64,000 bases of DNA from Candidatus Magasanikiibacteriota bacterium (GTDB lineage: Bacteria; Patescibacteriota; Patescibacteriia; Magasanikbacterales; GWA2-37-8): positions 6,381 through 70,380 of the forward strand of contig JACOYB010000007.1 of the NCBI GenBank assembly GCA_016182085.1. Direction: 5' to 3'. The notes under the pieces are model-generated. The model was not told the origin of the DNA and did no database searches. It saw only the letters and a list, made by a program, of their open reading frames with translations. How positions within the stretch are numbered: position 1 is the first letter of the stretch; each line of letters starts with the position of its first letter. The translations under genes and the position numbers were made by a program. This document shows, in pieces, positions 28,775-39,216 of this stretch.

Positions 28775-29626
28775 TTACTCTACCTTATTTATTTTTTTCG
28801 CGCAAGTTACGGTATTTAGAAGAAGTTTGGCCACCGTAATTGGGCCAATACCGCCTGGAGTAGGAGTAATAAATTTAGTTTTTTTGGAAACACTGGCAAA
28901 ATCCACATCACCTTGCATTTTACCGTTTATATATACAATACCGGTATCAATCACAACCGCGCCTTTTTTTACCATATCGGCTTTGATTAAATTTTGTTTG
29001 CCAACGGCCGAGACAATTACATCCGCTTCCAAACATTTCTTTTTTATATCTTTAGTATAACTGTTGCAGGTCGTAACACTGGCCAGTTCATTTACAAGCA
29101 TGATGGCTAGGGGTTTGCCGACCAGCGCGCCGGCGCCTACAATCGTGACATTTTTTCCCACCAGATTAAATTTTATTTCTTTTAAGGTTTTTATGACTGC
29201 CCAAGGGGTAGGCGGTTCTATATGGTTGCTTTTCATGACTAGTTTTCCAATATTGGCATCCGTAAGGCAGTCCACATCTATAGCGGGATTAATAGCATTT
29301 AAAACATCTGGTTTATACAGTCGTTCAGGTAAGGGGAGCTGAATAATTAATCCGGTAAGCTGCGAATCTTTTTGAATGGCATGTACAGCGTCAATTAATT
29401 CTTCTTTAGAAATATTTTTTGGAAATTCATACAGAGCAAAATCCATACCTGCCCGCTGCGCTGCGGCTTTTTTTCTGCCTATATACGTGCGTGATGGTTT
29501 ATCATTTCCAACTAAAACAACTGCCAATTTTGGAGTGATGCCTTTTTTCTTCAAGGCAGCCACAGCCTTGGCAGTGCTTTTTTCAATGGTGGCCGCAATT
29601 TTTTTACCATCAATTATAGTTGTCAT
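28775..29626 (-). CDS. folD: Methylenetetrahydrofolate dehydrogenase/cyclohydrolase
   Basis: IIDGKKIA, IIQLPLP, DVD, LVGKPLA, ITPTPGGIGPITVA. Confidence 0.95.
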   Translation of the reverse strand: MTTIIDGKKIAATIEKSTAKAVAALKKKGITPKLAVVLVGNDKPSRTYIGRKKAAAQRAGMDFALYEFPKNISKEELIDAVHAIQKDSQLTGLIIQLPLPERLYKPDVLNAINPAIDVDCLTDANIGKLVMKSNHIEPPTPWAVIKTLKEIKFNLVGKNVTIVGAGALVGKPLAIMLVNELASVTTCNSYTKDIKKKCLEADVIVSAVGKQNLIKADMVKKGAVVIDTGIVYINGKMQGDVDFASVSKKTKFITPTPGGIGPITVAKLLLNTVTCAKKINKVE

Positions 29627-29729
29627 GGGCAAATAATAGCATAGTTATGGGGGTTGAGTAAAGAGGAGTCCGATTGACTGGTTGGCATATTTTTACTAAG
29701 ATATAGGCTGTATAAACTAATAATTTTTT

Positions 29730-30491
29730 GTGAAGAAAAATACTTCCTGGGGCAAAGTTGCTAATTGGTATGACAAAATGTTAGAAAAAGACAACGACTC
29801 ATTTCAGAGCCGGGTTATTTTGCCAAATATAACGCGTTTAATGAATTTGGAAAAATCGCAAACAGCTTTAGATTTGGCATGCGGCCAAGGATTTTTTTCG
29901 CGAATTTTCGCGGAAAAAGCGGACAAAGTAATAGCCAGTGATATTTCGCCGGAGTTAATAAAATTGGCGCAAAAACATTCCGTAAAAAATATAGAATACC
30001 ATGTAGCTCCGGCCGATAATCTTAATTTTTGCTCTAATCAGTCTGTAGATACGATTGTAATAATTTTGGCTTTGCAAAATATAAAAAATGTGGACGGAGT
30101 TTTAAAGGAGTGTAAAAGAGTATTAAAAGAAAAGGGGAGTGTGTGTTTGGTTTTGAACCATCCGGCTTTTAGGGTGCCAAAAATGTCCAGCTGGGGCTGG
30201 GATGAAGAAGAAAAAGTGCAGTATCGGCGCATGGACATGTATTTATCAGAATCTCAAAGTGAAATAGATATGCATCCGGGCCAAAAGAAATCCGAAAAAA
30301 CAGTTTCGTTCCACCGGTCTTTGCAGTGGTATTTTAAGATGTTTTCCAAGCATGGGTTTGGGGTAGCCAAATGCGAAGAATGGATTTCACACCGTGAACC
30401 CACCCGAGGCCCGCGATTTGCGGCCGAAGATAGAGCCAGAAAAGAGTTTCCTTTATTTTTATTTTTGGAATTAAGAAAGTTTGAGGGTTAA
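29730..30491 (+). CDS. Class I SAM-dependent methyltransferase
   Basis: LDLACGQG motif I, DIS, post-II motifs. Confidence 0.85.
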   Translation: MKKNTSWGKVANWYDKMLEKDNDSFQSRVILPNITRLMNLEKSQTALDLACGQGFFSRIFAEKADKVIASDISPELIKLAQKHSVKNIEYHVAPADNLNFCSNQSVDTIVIILALQNIKNVDGVLKECKRVLKEKGSVCLVLNHPAFRVPKMSSWGWDEEEKVQYRRMDMYLSESQSEIDMHPGQKKSEKTVSFHRSLQWYFKMFSKHGFGVAKCEEWISHREPTRGPRFAAEDRARKEFPLFLFLELRKFEG

Positions 30492-30598
30492 AATATTTAT
30501 AAATTTTTTTATCGTGATTCTTACTAGAATCCTTTTTTTGTGATATACTTTTTCCCGAACGAAGTTTTGTAAAGACCCGACACATCTTTGGAGGGACT

Positions 30599-30886
30599 AT
30601 GCACGAAGAACAGGTTGTCCAACCAGACCAAGAATGCCGGGCAAAACTATGCCTGGTACAACTAACGCTTAAGCAGAAAGGAGTTAGGGGAATATCTGTT
30701 TTGTTAGGACTGCAAGACGCGGGAAAGATCAAACTGTCACCGGGGAAATGCGAGATTTATAACAGGGTGTTCTTTTTGAGCTCGGAAATTCTCGGCGAGG
30801 ACATCCGTACCACGGTGGTGCAGTTGGGGTCAGGCTATACCACAGGGCCTGCTAAATTATTTTTATTATATTATATTCAATTTTAA
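30599..30886 (+). CDS. Hypothetical ORFan
   Basis: GGAGGG SD and upstream TG-TATACT. Confidence 0.4.
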   Translation: MHEEQVVQPDQECRAKLCLVQLTLKQKGVRGISVLLGLQDAGKIKLSPGKCEIYNRVFFLSSEILGEDIRTTVVQLGSGYTTGPAKLFLLYYIQF

Positions 30887-30937
30887 CTAAATTTTATCAC
30901 ACTTAGTGTATCGTAATTATATTAAGCTAAGTATGGT

Positions 30938-31210
30938 ATGAAAAAATTATTAGTAATAATTGCAGGGTTAATTTTGTTAGGTGTAGGATGTAAGCAAGAA
31001 GAATGGCAAGGTTTTTATTATCCAAATGGCTGTCTTTCTTGTATGGAAGATTATATTTACAGTCCCGCTCTTTCTTCACTGGAAGAGTGCCGAAATTGGG
31101 GAAATGGAATTAGAAAAGAACGTAATAATAATCCAAGCGATCAATACGAATGCGGCCTAAATTGCAAAGCCAAAGGCGTCCTTCGGGTATGTGAGGAGAT
31201 AGTAGATTAA
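30938..31210 (+). CDS. Small Cys-rich putative lipoprotein
   Basis: LLGVGC lipobox-like; W.GFYYP...CR.W...YECG.NC. Confidence 0.7.
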   Translation: MKKLLVIIAGLILLGVGCKQEEWQGFYYPNGCLSCMEDYIYSPALSSLEECRNWGNGIRKERNNNPSDQYECGLNCKAKGVLRVCEEIVD

Positions 31211-31228
31211 AATGTATATCCTACGTTG

Positions 31229-31299
31229 TTCCGAGGCTTGGATTCGAACCAAGATAAGCAGATTCAGAGTCTGCTGTCCTACCATTAGACCACCTCGGA
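31229..31299 (-). tRNA. tRNA-Gln(CTG), CCA not encoded
   Basis: TCCGAGG/CCTCGGA acceptor stem, anticodon arm GCAGA-CTCTGAA-TCTGC, GGTTCGAATCC. Confidence 0.95.
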
Positions 31300-31311
31300 G
31301 TTTTGTTTAAT

Positions 31312-31432
31312 TGTCATCCTGAGTGTAACGAAGGATCCCTTCAACGACGAGAGGGATTCTTCTCCCGAACACTCGGGATCAGAATGACAAAAATTAAATT
31401 GTCTGGATTCCCGCTATCGGGCGGGAATGACA
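31312..31432. repeat. Two REP-like palindromic elements
   Basis: TGTCATCCTGAG...GGATC...CAGAATGACA and GGATTCCCGC..GCGGGAATGACA. Confidence 0.75.
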
Positions 31433-31445
31433 GGCCGATGACGAG

Positions 31446-32276
31446 TTATATTGCCGCGCCGGCTTGGAATTTATCTAGCCAAGATTTTTCCACCACCATC
31501 ACAAAACTCCACCTCCATTTGCGATCTTTAAATACTTGAGGAGAAGATACGTGATATTTTTTATTATCTTTAATCAGATAAATCCGACCGCTATCTTTGG
31601 TTTTTACAAGCATTCGTTGGCTGGTAAAAAGTACGGTTGCAGGTTTTACGGTTTTACTGGTCTTATGATCGTAATCCCGTAAAGCGCCCATGATTGTATC
31701 ATATAAGTAGCGCAAGTCAAGGCCTTGTTTAAGGTCGCCATTATCATTTACGATAAATTCTTCTTTTTCATCATCAAAGCCTTTTATAACGAAGGTGTGG
31801 TAATATGATCCGTTGCGAGCGAATTGAATACGAGGGTTATTTAAAAGTTTGCCATATAGCAATGCAATCACCGGCCGTCCGGCCCCAAGTTCATCTTTTA
31901 TCTCTTCCAAAGTCGGGTTAGTTTTTATTTTAGCTTCAAAGTATTTGGAATATTCATTTATTACTTTTACCATTTCCGCCGCATCGGTATTGCCATTGTA
32001 GCCAAATAATTTATTTTCAACATCTATATAGTATAAAATGGATTGTTTGGCTTTAGCTTTAGTAACGCCCTTGTTTCGGTTGCCAAAATAATACTCATCA
32101 AGCATGGCGGTAGACGCTTCTTCGCATGAGTTATTCCATGGTTTTACCATAAGTCCTTCCGGCGCTTCGGGGATATAAGGTACGGATAAATTAATGCTTT
32201 CGGCAGCCTGGGCAGATAACACGGGAATTAATAAGAATTCAAGAGCAAATGCAAAAGTTAAGGCTGTAGTTTTCAT
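31446..32276 (-). CDS. Secreted C39-like (papain-fold) peptidase
   Basis: Signal peptide, VPY..E...CEEAS, GRPVI, H.FVIKGFD..F.VND. Confidence 0.75.
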   Translation of the reverse strand: MKTTALTFAFALEFLLIPVLSAQAAESINLSVPYIPEAPEGLMVKPWNNSCEEASTAMLDEYYFGNRNKGVTKAKAKQSILYYIDVENKLFGYNGNTDAAEMVKVINEYSKYFEAKIKTNPTLEEIKDELGAGRPVIALLYGKLLNNPRIQFARNGSYYHTFVIKGFDDEKEEFIVNDNGDLKQGLDLRYLYDTIMGALRDYDHKTSKTVKPATVLFTSQRMLVKTKDSGRIYLIKDNKKYHVSSPQVFKDRKWRWSFVMVVEKSWLDKFQAGAAI

Positions 32277-32294
32277 ATTGGTGAAGGTTAAAAA

Positions 32295-33911
32295 TTAGAT
32301 TAGCTCGCCGCCAAAATCTGCGGCAAGCTTATTTAATTCAGTGTCCTCTTCGGTTTGTGGTCTGGAAGTTTCTAAAACCTCACAGGTTAAGGTAATATGT
32401 TCAGAAAAAACGTCTGATAAGGCTTGTTCTATGGTTCTCTTAACTTTGATTTCATCAATTTTATTCTTATGAAAAGAGTATGGTACCGTAATAAATAACT
32501 GTCCATTTTCCACGGTGCGTAAGCTGCTCATTTTAAGAATGAAGCTTAGTGAATGGTTGGCTTTGCCGATGGTTTCAATTATTTCATCCCATTTGGCCCG
32601 AACATCTTCTAAGGTTGTTTTTATTTCTTTATGGGTAATATGAGAAATTGTTTCCTTTATGGTTTGGGTAAAAGAAGGGGGGGTGGGTTTGTTTTCTTCT
32701 TTGGCGTTTATTTTTATTGCGTCGTCTGGAGTTGGCAAAGATTCCAAATCGCTCGGCGCAGCCGCAGTCTTAGGTTCTGCTTTTTGTTGCTCGCCATGCC
32801 GATCGGATACCGCAGCCTGTGAAGATATTGAGAATTCAATCGAAAACAGTTCAAGGGGTAGTTGAGGCAAAGGAGAAGATCTCATTTCTCTGTGACGAGC
32901 GATAAGAGATTCTATCATGCGTATGAGTTGCAGAGCGGGAATTTTTTCTGCGGTTTTTTTTAAGGTCTTTAAATCTTCATCGCTATAATCCGTATTGATA
33001 TTTTTTGCTTTGGCACTCGTTTGGGAAATCAAAGCCAGACGCAACGCTTCTATACAGTCATATGCAAATTGTTCCAAATTTACGCCGTCCTCGGTAAGTT
33101 TTTGGATCATTTCCACGGCCGCGGCGGCTTGTTTATCCAAAATTAAGTTGATAAATTCTAAAATTGATTCAATATTTGAAGTAGGCAAAATCATTTCCGC
33201 GTCTTCTACGCCGATATTTTTCAAATCCAGGCTTAAAATTTGCCCAAGCAAACTTTCGGCATCGCGCACGCAGCCGTCGCTTTTATTTATAATTCTTTCC
33301 AGAACTTTTTTATCAACTTTTACTTTTTCATTTTTACAAATGCCCTGCAATCTTTCCATCATGTTATCATAGCCGACTTTTTTGAAATTAAAACGCTGAC
33401 AGCGAGAAATGATGGTGGGCAGCAGTTTATGAATTTCGGTGGTGGCTAAAATAAAAATCGCGTGAGCCGGCGGCTCTTCCAAAGTCTTTAACAGCGCGTT
33501 AAAAGCGCTGGTAGAAAGCATGTGCACCTCATCTATGATGAAGACCTTATATTTTGATTTGGTCGGCTTAAATTGAGCGTTTTCAATGATATTTTCACGC
33601 ACGTTGTCTACGCCGGTGTGCGATGCGGCATCAACTTCAATAATATCAATACTGCTGCCGCTCATTAGTTCGTTGCAAGAAGAACACTCGTTACATGGTT
33701 CAAAGTCGCCATCCTTGCGATTTTGGCAATTTACGGCTTTGGCCATTAGTCTGGCGAGCGTAGTTTTGCCGGTGCCGCGCGGGCCGGAAAATAAATACGC
33801 GTGAGCGATTTTACCGGTCGCCACTTCGCTGGTAAGTGTTTTTATAATATGATCTTGACCGGTAACATCCGAGAACAATTGCGGGCGGTATTTTCGGTAG
33901 ATGGTGGACAT
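32295..33911 (-). CDS. dnaX: DNA polymerase III subunit gamma/tau
   Basis: YRKYRP, GPRGTGKTT, IIDEVHMLS, SRCQRF. Confidence 0.97.
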   Translation of the reverse strand: MSTIYRKYRPQLFSDVTGQDHIIKTLTSEVATGKIAHAYLFSGPRGTGKTTLARLMAKAVNCQNRKDGDFEPCNECSSCNELMSGSSIDIIEVDAASHTGVDNVRENIIENAQFKPTKSKYKVFIIDEVHMLSTSAFNALLKTLEEPPAHAIFILATTEIHKLLPTIISRCQRFNFKKVGYDNMMERLQGICKNEKVKVDKKVLERIINKSDGCVRDAESLLGQILSLDLKNIGVEDAEMILPTSNIESILEFINLILDKQAAAAVEMIQKLTEDGVNLEQFAYDCIEALRLALISQTSAKAKNINTDYSDEDLKTLKKTAEKIPALQLIRMIESLIARHREMRSSPLPQLPLELFSIEFSISSQAAVSDRHGEQQKAEPKTAAAPSDLESLPTPDDAIKINAKEENKPTPPSFTQTIKETISHITHKEIKTTLEDVRAKWDEIIETIGKANHSLSFILKMSSLRTVENGQLFITVPYSFHKNKIDEIKVKRTIEQALSDVFSEHITLTCEVLETSRPQTEEDTELNKLAADFGGELI

Positions 33912-33918
33912 ATTTAGG

Positions 33919-33985
33919 TGTCATCCTGAACCTGTTTCAGGATCTTTCATGTTTTAGGAGATGCTGAAACAAGTTCAGCATGACA
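33919..33985. repeat. REP-like palindromic element
   Basis: TGTCATCCTGAACCTGTTTCAGGATCT...AGATGCTGAAACAAGTTCAGCATGACA. Confidence 0.85.
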
Positions 33986-33990
33986 TTTGA

Positions 33991-36549
33991 TTAAAGACCA
34001 GCTTCACTCAATTCGGTTTTGCCTTCTTTTATTACTACGCCCAGTTGGGCCCTTTCGGCGATTTCCGCTTCCACGATTTCTCTTGGCCGTCCGTATTTAA
34101 GCCTGGACAGCTCTTTAATCGCAGCGGCCAGTTGTTTGTTGCCTGGACGTGGGGGATAGGTGAACATATTAAACGGTTTAGCGGCGGTGTTGTCAATCAG
34201 CAGTTTGGTATAAGCTGTGTATTGTTCCACGTTTACCAGATCGTAGGCGCTAAATACTGGCGCGAATTCTTTGGCCAGAATCTCCGCGTCTTCCACGCCA
34301 ATGCGGAATGATACAAGTGTGCCCGCGTTACCCAAGACCGCGTCACGCACCGTGGTTTTGCCTTTGTTATCTTCCAGTTGTTTCATGTACTGGTGGGCAA
34401 TGATAAGTTCCAAACGGTATTTTCTGGCTTCGGATAAAATGGTGGCAATGGAGTCGGTAATAAAGTTTTGGAACTCGTCAATATATAAATAAAAATCATG
34501 GCGCTGATCTTCGGGAAGCGAAGCGCGTTCCAGGGCGGCCATTTGCAGTTTGGATACGATAATAAGACCTAAGAGGTTTGAGTTTATTTCACCAACCAAA
34601 CCCTTGGCCAAATTAACCAAGAGAATTTTTTTCTTGTCCATGACCTCGCGGAAATTAAAACCCGAATGCGTTTGGCCGATAATATTACGGATCATGGCGT
34701 TTTCTACAAAACGGCCCACTTTGGAAATAAGGTACCCCAACATTTCCGATTTATGAAAGTCCGAAGTTTTGGCCATTTCTTTATCCCAGAAGGCAAGTAC
34801 CATCGGGTCGGTAAGTTTCTTCTTCCACTCTTTTACAAATTCGTCATCGGTAAACATGCGGGGGATTTCGGCGATCGTGCCCGGATTTTCGGTATCTGCC
34901 ATAAGGGTAAGCATCACGTTGCGCATGTTGTGTTCAAACATCGGGCCAATCATGGACGGATCAGTAACCAGTTTATAGAAAATAGAAATCATTTCCTGGG
35001 TTGCGAAATCTTTTTGCTCTTCGCTCTGTACGTCTATCATGTTTAAGCCGATCGGGCGTTCCACGTCTGCCGGATTAAAATAAATCACGTCTTCGGCTCG
35101 TTCTTTGGGCACATGCTGTAATACATAATCTACAAAATCTCCGTGCGGGTCTATGACGCATACGCCCTCGCCGTTAATAATATCTTGCACTGCCAAATTT
35201 TGGATAAATACGGATTTACCGCTGCCGGATTTACCGATGGTGTACAAATGACGGCGGCGATCTTCGCGTTTCATACGCACAATAGTTTCTTCGCCTCTGT
35301 ATACCGCCCGGCCCAAAATAATACCTTCTTTTGGCATATTAGTGGGCGGAGGGGCTTTGCGCGCGCCGAGCCAGTTGATATTAGGCGTTTCGGTGCTGGG
35401 AATTGGCAGGTGCCAAAAACTGGCCATTTCTTCGGTATTGAAAACCATATAATGGTTTTCTTTAATACTTCTATAGATATAATCCTGAATAAGAGTAGTG
35501 GGACGGCGGGGGACAACAGCGCTGAGAGTATTGCCGTAGCGATACAAATTATATTGACTGAAAGCATTTATAATATTTTCCAAATTGAGCACGGCTTTTT
35601 CCTTGCTGTTTGCCGAGCTTATCAAACGAATCGTGGTTTCCACGCCGCCGCGGCTGATTTTTTCTTCCATGTTTTTAACCATTTCTTCTTCCATCTGGGT
35701 AAGCTGATATTTTGGTTCAAAACTTTGTTGAGTATCTTTTTTCTTTTTTGGGAAAATATATTTGCCCCAGCCGCTGAGGAATCGTCGCAATTCGCCGCGT
35801 TTGGCCACGTCTTCAAATTTTTCGCCTTTTTTGATATCGCGAATAATATGCACGCCTTCCTTGCGCCAATGGCTGGAAGCAGGACGGATAATGTACTGAA
35901 TAATCGCGCCTTCGTCTTCGGCGATTTTGCTGAGCGGGTTGAGCAGGGCAACCAGGGGGTCGCTGTCCAGTTTTTTATATGTTTTAAGCGGGAATGAAGA
36001 TTTGTGTTTGAGCCATAAATACGCGCCCACGATATGGCTTTGCGGCTTGAACGGATTATAGTCCGTTTCTTCGGTGATTTCCGCGTGCGGGTATTGGGCA
36101 TGAACTTGCTGCTCCACAAACCCTTTTATTTTATCGGGGACAATAATATAAAAAGAAATTTTACTATCCTTAACAACGATTTCAAACGCCACATGGTCGT
36201 TGCGTCCGCGCAGCCAGGTCATGATGCCTTTTTCTTTTTTTAATCCGGCAATGGCAGAAAATAAAGTTTCGGAAACGGCGATTTCCTCGCGCACATGATT
36301 GATATTATCTTCGGCGCCGGCGGATTCCGGTTTGTCGCCCTTTTTTTCTTTGGGAACTTTTATGAGCAGTACGGTTTTATGGAATGCCTTGCTTTGGCGT
36401 CCTTTGGCCGTAACCACGGCCTTTAAAATATAAAGAAGAGAAATAAAAAATATTACGCCGAGAGCCGGCGGCAGAATATACAAAAAAAGACTATTTTCCA
36501 GCAAGCTGTTTATAAGTTCTATGATTGTATTTACAATTTCGTAGAACAC
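33991..36549 (-). CDS. VirD4/TrwB/HerA-superfamily ATPase with N-terminal membrane domain
   Basis: RRRHLYTIGKSGSGKS, VIDPHGD, YIDEFQNF, EARKY, AHQ. Confidence 0.85.
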   Translation of the reverse strand: MFYEIVNTIIELINSLLENSLFLYILPPALGVIFFISLLYILKAVVTAKGRQSKAFHKTVLLIKVPKEKKGDKPESAGAEDNINHVREEIAVSETLFSAIAGLKKEKGIMTWLRGRNDHVAFEIVVKDSKISFYIIVPDKIKGFVEQQVHAQYPHAEITEETDYNPFKPQSHIVGAYLWLKHKSSFPLKTYKKLDSDPLVALLNPLSKIAEDEGAIIQYIIRPASSHWRKEGVHIIRDIKKGEKFEDVAKRGELRRFLSGWGKYIFPKKKKDTQQSFEPKYQLTQMEEEMVKNMEEKISRGGVETTIRLISSANSKEKAVLNLENIINAFSQYNLYRYGNTLSAVVPRRPTTLIQDYIYRSIKENHYMVFNTEEMASFWHLPIPSTETPNINWLGARKAPPPTNMPKEGIILGRAVYRGEETIVRMKREDRRRHLYTIGKSGSGKSVFIQNLAVQDIINGEGVCVIDPHGDFVDYVLQHVPKERAEDVIYFNPADVERPIGLNMIDVQSEEQKDFATQEMISIFYKLVTDPSMIGPMFEHNMRNVMLTLMADTENPGTIAEIPRMFTDDEFVKEWKKKLTDPMVLAFWDKEMAKTSDFHKSEMLGYLISKVGRFVENAMIRNIIGQTHSGFNFREVMDKKKILLVNLAKGLVGEINSNLLGLIIVSKLQMAALERASLPEDQRHDFYLYIDEFQNFITDSIATILSEARKYRLELIIAHQYMKQLEDNKGKTTVRDAVLGNAGTLVSFRIGVEDAEILAKEFAPVFSAYDLVNVEQYTAYTKLLIDNTAAKPFNMFTYPPRPGNKQLAAAIKELSRLKYGRPREIVEAEIAERAQLGVVIKEGKTELSEAGL

Positions 36550-36553
36550 ATTT

Positions 36554-37045
36554 CTATTCTTTCTTTTTTAAGGCGATAATCTTGTCGGTTTTTATTTTAG
36601 CTTCTTGTTCTAAAAAAAAGCGATTTATGCCAGGCAGCATGCGCAGCCAATCTAGAATCAAACCCAGGATTTTTTTTACTTTGATATGCGTGCCTTTTAG
36701 GAGTTCTTGAATTTGGGCGGCGGTTTGTTCGCCCTTTAATTTGAATTCTTGTTTGGCAACGGGGGACAATCGCTGGTATGAATCATTCAAGTCTTCTTCC
36801 ATGATTTTTTCTATTTTTACCACGATTTCATTTTTAAGCGGCAAGGGGATAGCTGGGATTTTTTTCATTGCCGGCCTTGGTTTTTGCGGGCCTGCGGTTT
36901 CGGCAGTATGTTTTTGTTCTTCTGTTTCGGTTTCCGTTTCCGGCGCGGCTTCTTTTTCCAATTGCAAATCACGCTCCTCGCGAGCAATTTTAACTTCATC
37001 CGAAGGTTCTATTCGGGGTTTTTCTTCTAAAGGTTTAAATGCCAT
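36554..37045 (-). CDS. Hypothetical protein co-transcribed with the ATPase
   Basis: 4-nt spacing; WL..LPGIN.FFLEQEAKIKTD. Confidence 0.7.
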   Translation of the reverse strand: MAFKPLEEKPRIEPSDEVKIAREERDLQLEKEAAPETETETEEQKHTAETAGPQKPRPAMKKIPAIPLPLKNEIVVKIEKIMEEDLNDSYQRLSPVAKQEFKLKGEQTAAQIQELLKGTHIKVKKILGLILDWLRMLPGINRFFLEQEAKIKTDKIIALKKKE

Positions 37046-37123
37046 ATATAGATATCAAGTATTATAGCATATTTCACACTCGCTCACAATATGTTATAAT
37101 GTATTTACCTTTATAAAATCAAA

Positions 37124-38053
37124 ATGAAAAATATTAACGAAATACAACAAAACGGTTTAGTTTGGATAAATGTGTCCAAACCCGAAGAAAAAGTATTGCG
37201 GACGCTGCAGAAAAGATTTCAATTGGCAGATCAGGAAATAAACGAAAGTTTGCCGTCATTTCAACGGCCGAAATTTGTTAAAAGAGCCAATTATTATTTT
37301 TTAGTTTTGCATTTTCCGATTTTTAACCGAACTACGCGCCGTATTGGCTTTACGGAAGTGGATTTTTTCCTCAGTGGCAGCAGTTTAATTACGGTTCATA
37401 ACAACAGCCTGCCGGTTATAGAGGCGTTTTTTAGGGAGTGTCAGAAAAAAGAAGAATTTAGAAGCAGCTATTTTTCGGGCACGGCCACGCATATATTTTT
37501 TGAACTCCTCAACCGGCTCCTGGAATCAATTTTCCCAATTTTAATGCACATAAACGAAGATATCAGCTCAATTGATAAGATTTTGTTTACCAGAACTCCG
37601 GATAGAAAAATGGCGGAAGAGATTTTACGCTTGAAGATGAATGTAGTTAATTTTCGCCGCGCCATGCAAAGCCACAAAACGGTTTTGGACAGATTGGTGG
37701 CCAGCGGCGGCAGGGATTTGGACATTTCTTCGTATCATACATATATTGGCATCTTGCGAGATCATACTAATGATATTTGGCATTCCTTGGAAAGCCAGAA
37801 AGAAAGCGCGGATAATTTGGATGAAACCAATGAGTCGGTGGTTGGTTTGCGCATGAATGAAATTATGAAAACGCTTACCGTTATTTCTGTTACCACTTTT
37901 CCTTTAACTTTGGTAGCCACAATTTTTGCGATTCATGCGGGTGGGACGCCGTTTATAAGCAGTCCTCTTGGTTTTTGGATAATTTCTTTCGTAATGTTAG
38001 TCGGTGCAATATCAATGCTGTTGATCTTTAAAGCCAAAAAATGGATGGATTAA
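37124..38053 (+). CDS. corA: CorA-family divalent cation transporter
   Basis: QRPK, MNEIMKTLT, two C-terminal TMs; canonical GMN motif replaced by AIH. Confidence 0.8.
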   Translation: MKNINEIQQNGLVWINVSKPEEKVLRTLQKRFQLADQEINESLPSFQRPKFVKRANYYFLVLHFPIFNRTTRRIGFTEVDFFLSGSSLITVHNNSLPVIEAFFRECQKKEEFRSSYFSGTATHIFFELLNRLLESIFPILMHINEDISSIDKILFTRTPDRKMAEEILRLKMNVVNFRRAMQSHKTVLDRLVASGGRDLDISSYHTYIGILRDHTNDIWHSLESQKESADNLDETNESVVGLRMNEIMKTLTVISVTTFPLTLVATIFAIHAGGTPFISSPLGFWIISFVMLVGAISMLLIFKAKKWMD

Positions 38054-38064
38054 ATCAATTGTAT

Positions 38065-38101
38065 AAACAAAAAACCACCGTTATTGAGGTGGTTTTTTGT
38101 T
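38065..38101. terminator. Bidirectional terminator
   Basis: AACAAAAAACCACC..GGTGGTTTTTTGTT between convergent genes. Confidence 0.75.
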
Positions 38102-38228
38102 CCAATAAATTTCCAAGAAGTTAGAAATTTAATCAGTTGGCCACATGCGTTGTGGCCACTCACGTTCGCGCGCCTTGTGGCGGCGAATCTCCTTGCTCAC
38201 GTTGGGTAGGCGAGCGTAACAGGAGTGT

Positions 38229-38996
38229 TTATGGAAGGATCTGAGAACCTTCCCAGATGTCGTTATCTGGGTTGAAGTCATTCACGTGGGGTCGGGCTTC
38301 CAGACGCCAGTATGTGGTGGTTCCTTGGGGGAATACCTCTGGAGAAAAGAAGTACTGAATGTTGCCGATGTTGCTTGCAAGCGGCGTCGAATACGTGAAG
38401 GCGATTCCTCCGTAGATCCAAGGATTACCTGGATTGGTCCGATAACTAATCGTGGCCACACCTGGCTTTGTCAACTTGAAATCAATGTTGACAACTCGGT
38501 TATTGTTCCAGAGGAGGTAGATAGCGGTCCCACTGCGCACGAAGCGCAGCGGCGACATGTCCACGTACTGGGTGCAGGTCACGAGACTAGTCCCTCGGTC
38601 AAACATCAGCGACGGCGGAGAGGTGTTCTGGTCCAGGTCCACCACGCTAACATCGAGCCAGAAGTGGTCGTGGCATTGCACGCTGCACCAGCGGTCGCCA
38701 GGAATGAGATCCAGGGAGCATGACCACGACAGTTCCGATTGCTCCGTGCCGATGCAGTCGCCCCCCTCGCACCAGCAGTACCACGGGGTGTTCCGGCCGG
38801 CCCACTCGTAGGGCTGGCAGTAGGACGTGGGCTCTTCGGGCTCCACGCACACGCCATCGAGGCACACGCTAGTACCGGGACACTCCCCATCGGTCATGCA
38901 GACGCCGTAGTGTTCGTTGACGATCACTTCGGTATCAGTGCAGGCGGCCAGCGCGGTTATGGCATACAGGCAAAAAGCGGTCAGCAGCTTGTTCAT
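38229..38996 (-). CDS. GC-rich Cys-rich putative lipoprotein
   Basis: Start after GGAG SD; ALAAC lipobox; CxxDxECPxxxxCxxGxC. Confidence 0.7.
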   Translation of the reverse strand: MNKLLTAFCLYAITALAACTDTEVIVNEHYGVCMTDGECPGTSVCLDGVCVEPEEPTSYCQPYEWAGRNTPWYCWCEGGDCIGTEQSELSWSCSLDLIPGDRWCSVQCHDHFWLDVSVVDLDQNTSPPSLMFDRGTSLVTCTQYVDMSPLRFVRSGTAIYLLWNNNRVVNIDFKLTKPGVATISYRTNPGNPWIYGGIAFTYSTPLASNIGNIQYFFSPEVFPQGTTTYWRLEARPHVNDFNPDNDIWEGSQILP

Positions 38997-39216
38997 TGTC
39001 GTGTTCTCCATCAAGGTGTTAAGACCCCTTAGGCGCCGAAAGCTTACGCTTCGACAGGGCCAATAAGAATCTCAACATTGTAAAAGAACAACATACTTTA
39101 GCATAAAAATGCCATTCTGTCAATGTAGTATAGAAGTGTTTAAAAATAAAAAACCCGATAGTATCAGGTTTTTTATGCTTGCCATGAATCGTCATGGCGC
39201 CGTCCGCAACGCGGAT

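Noticed and set aside
33991-36549. Conjugative element
   Set aside because: No relaxase, VirB genes or oriT seen; the gene sits among housekeeping genes
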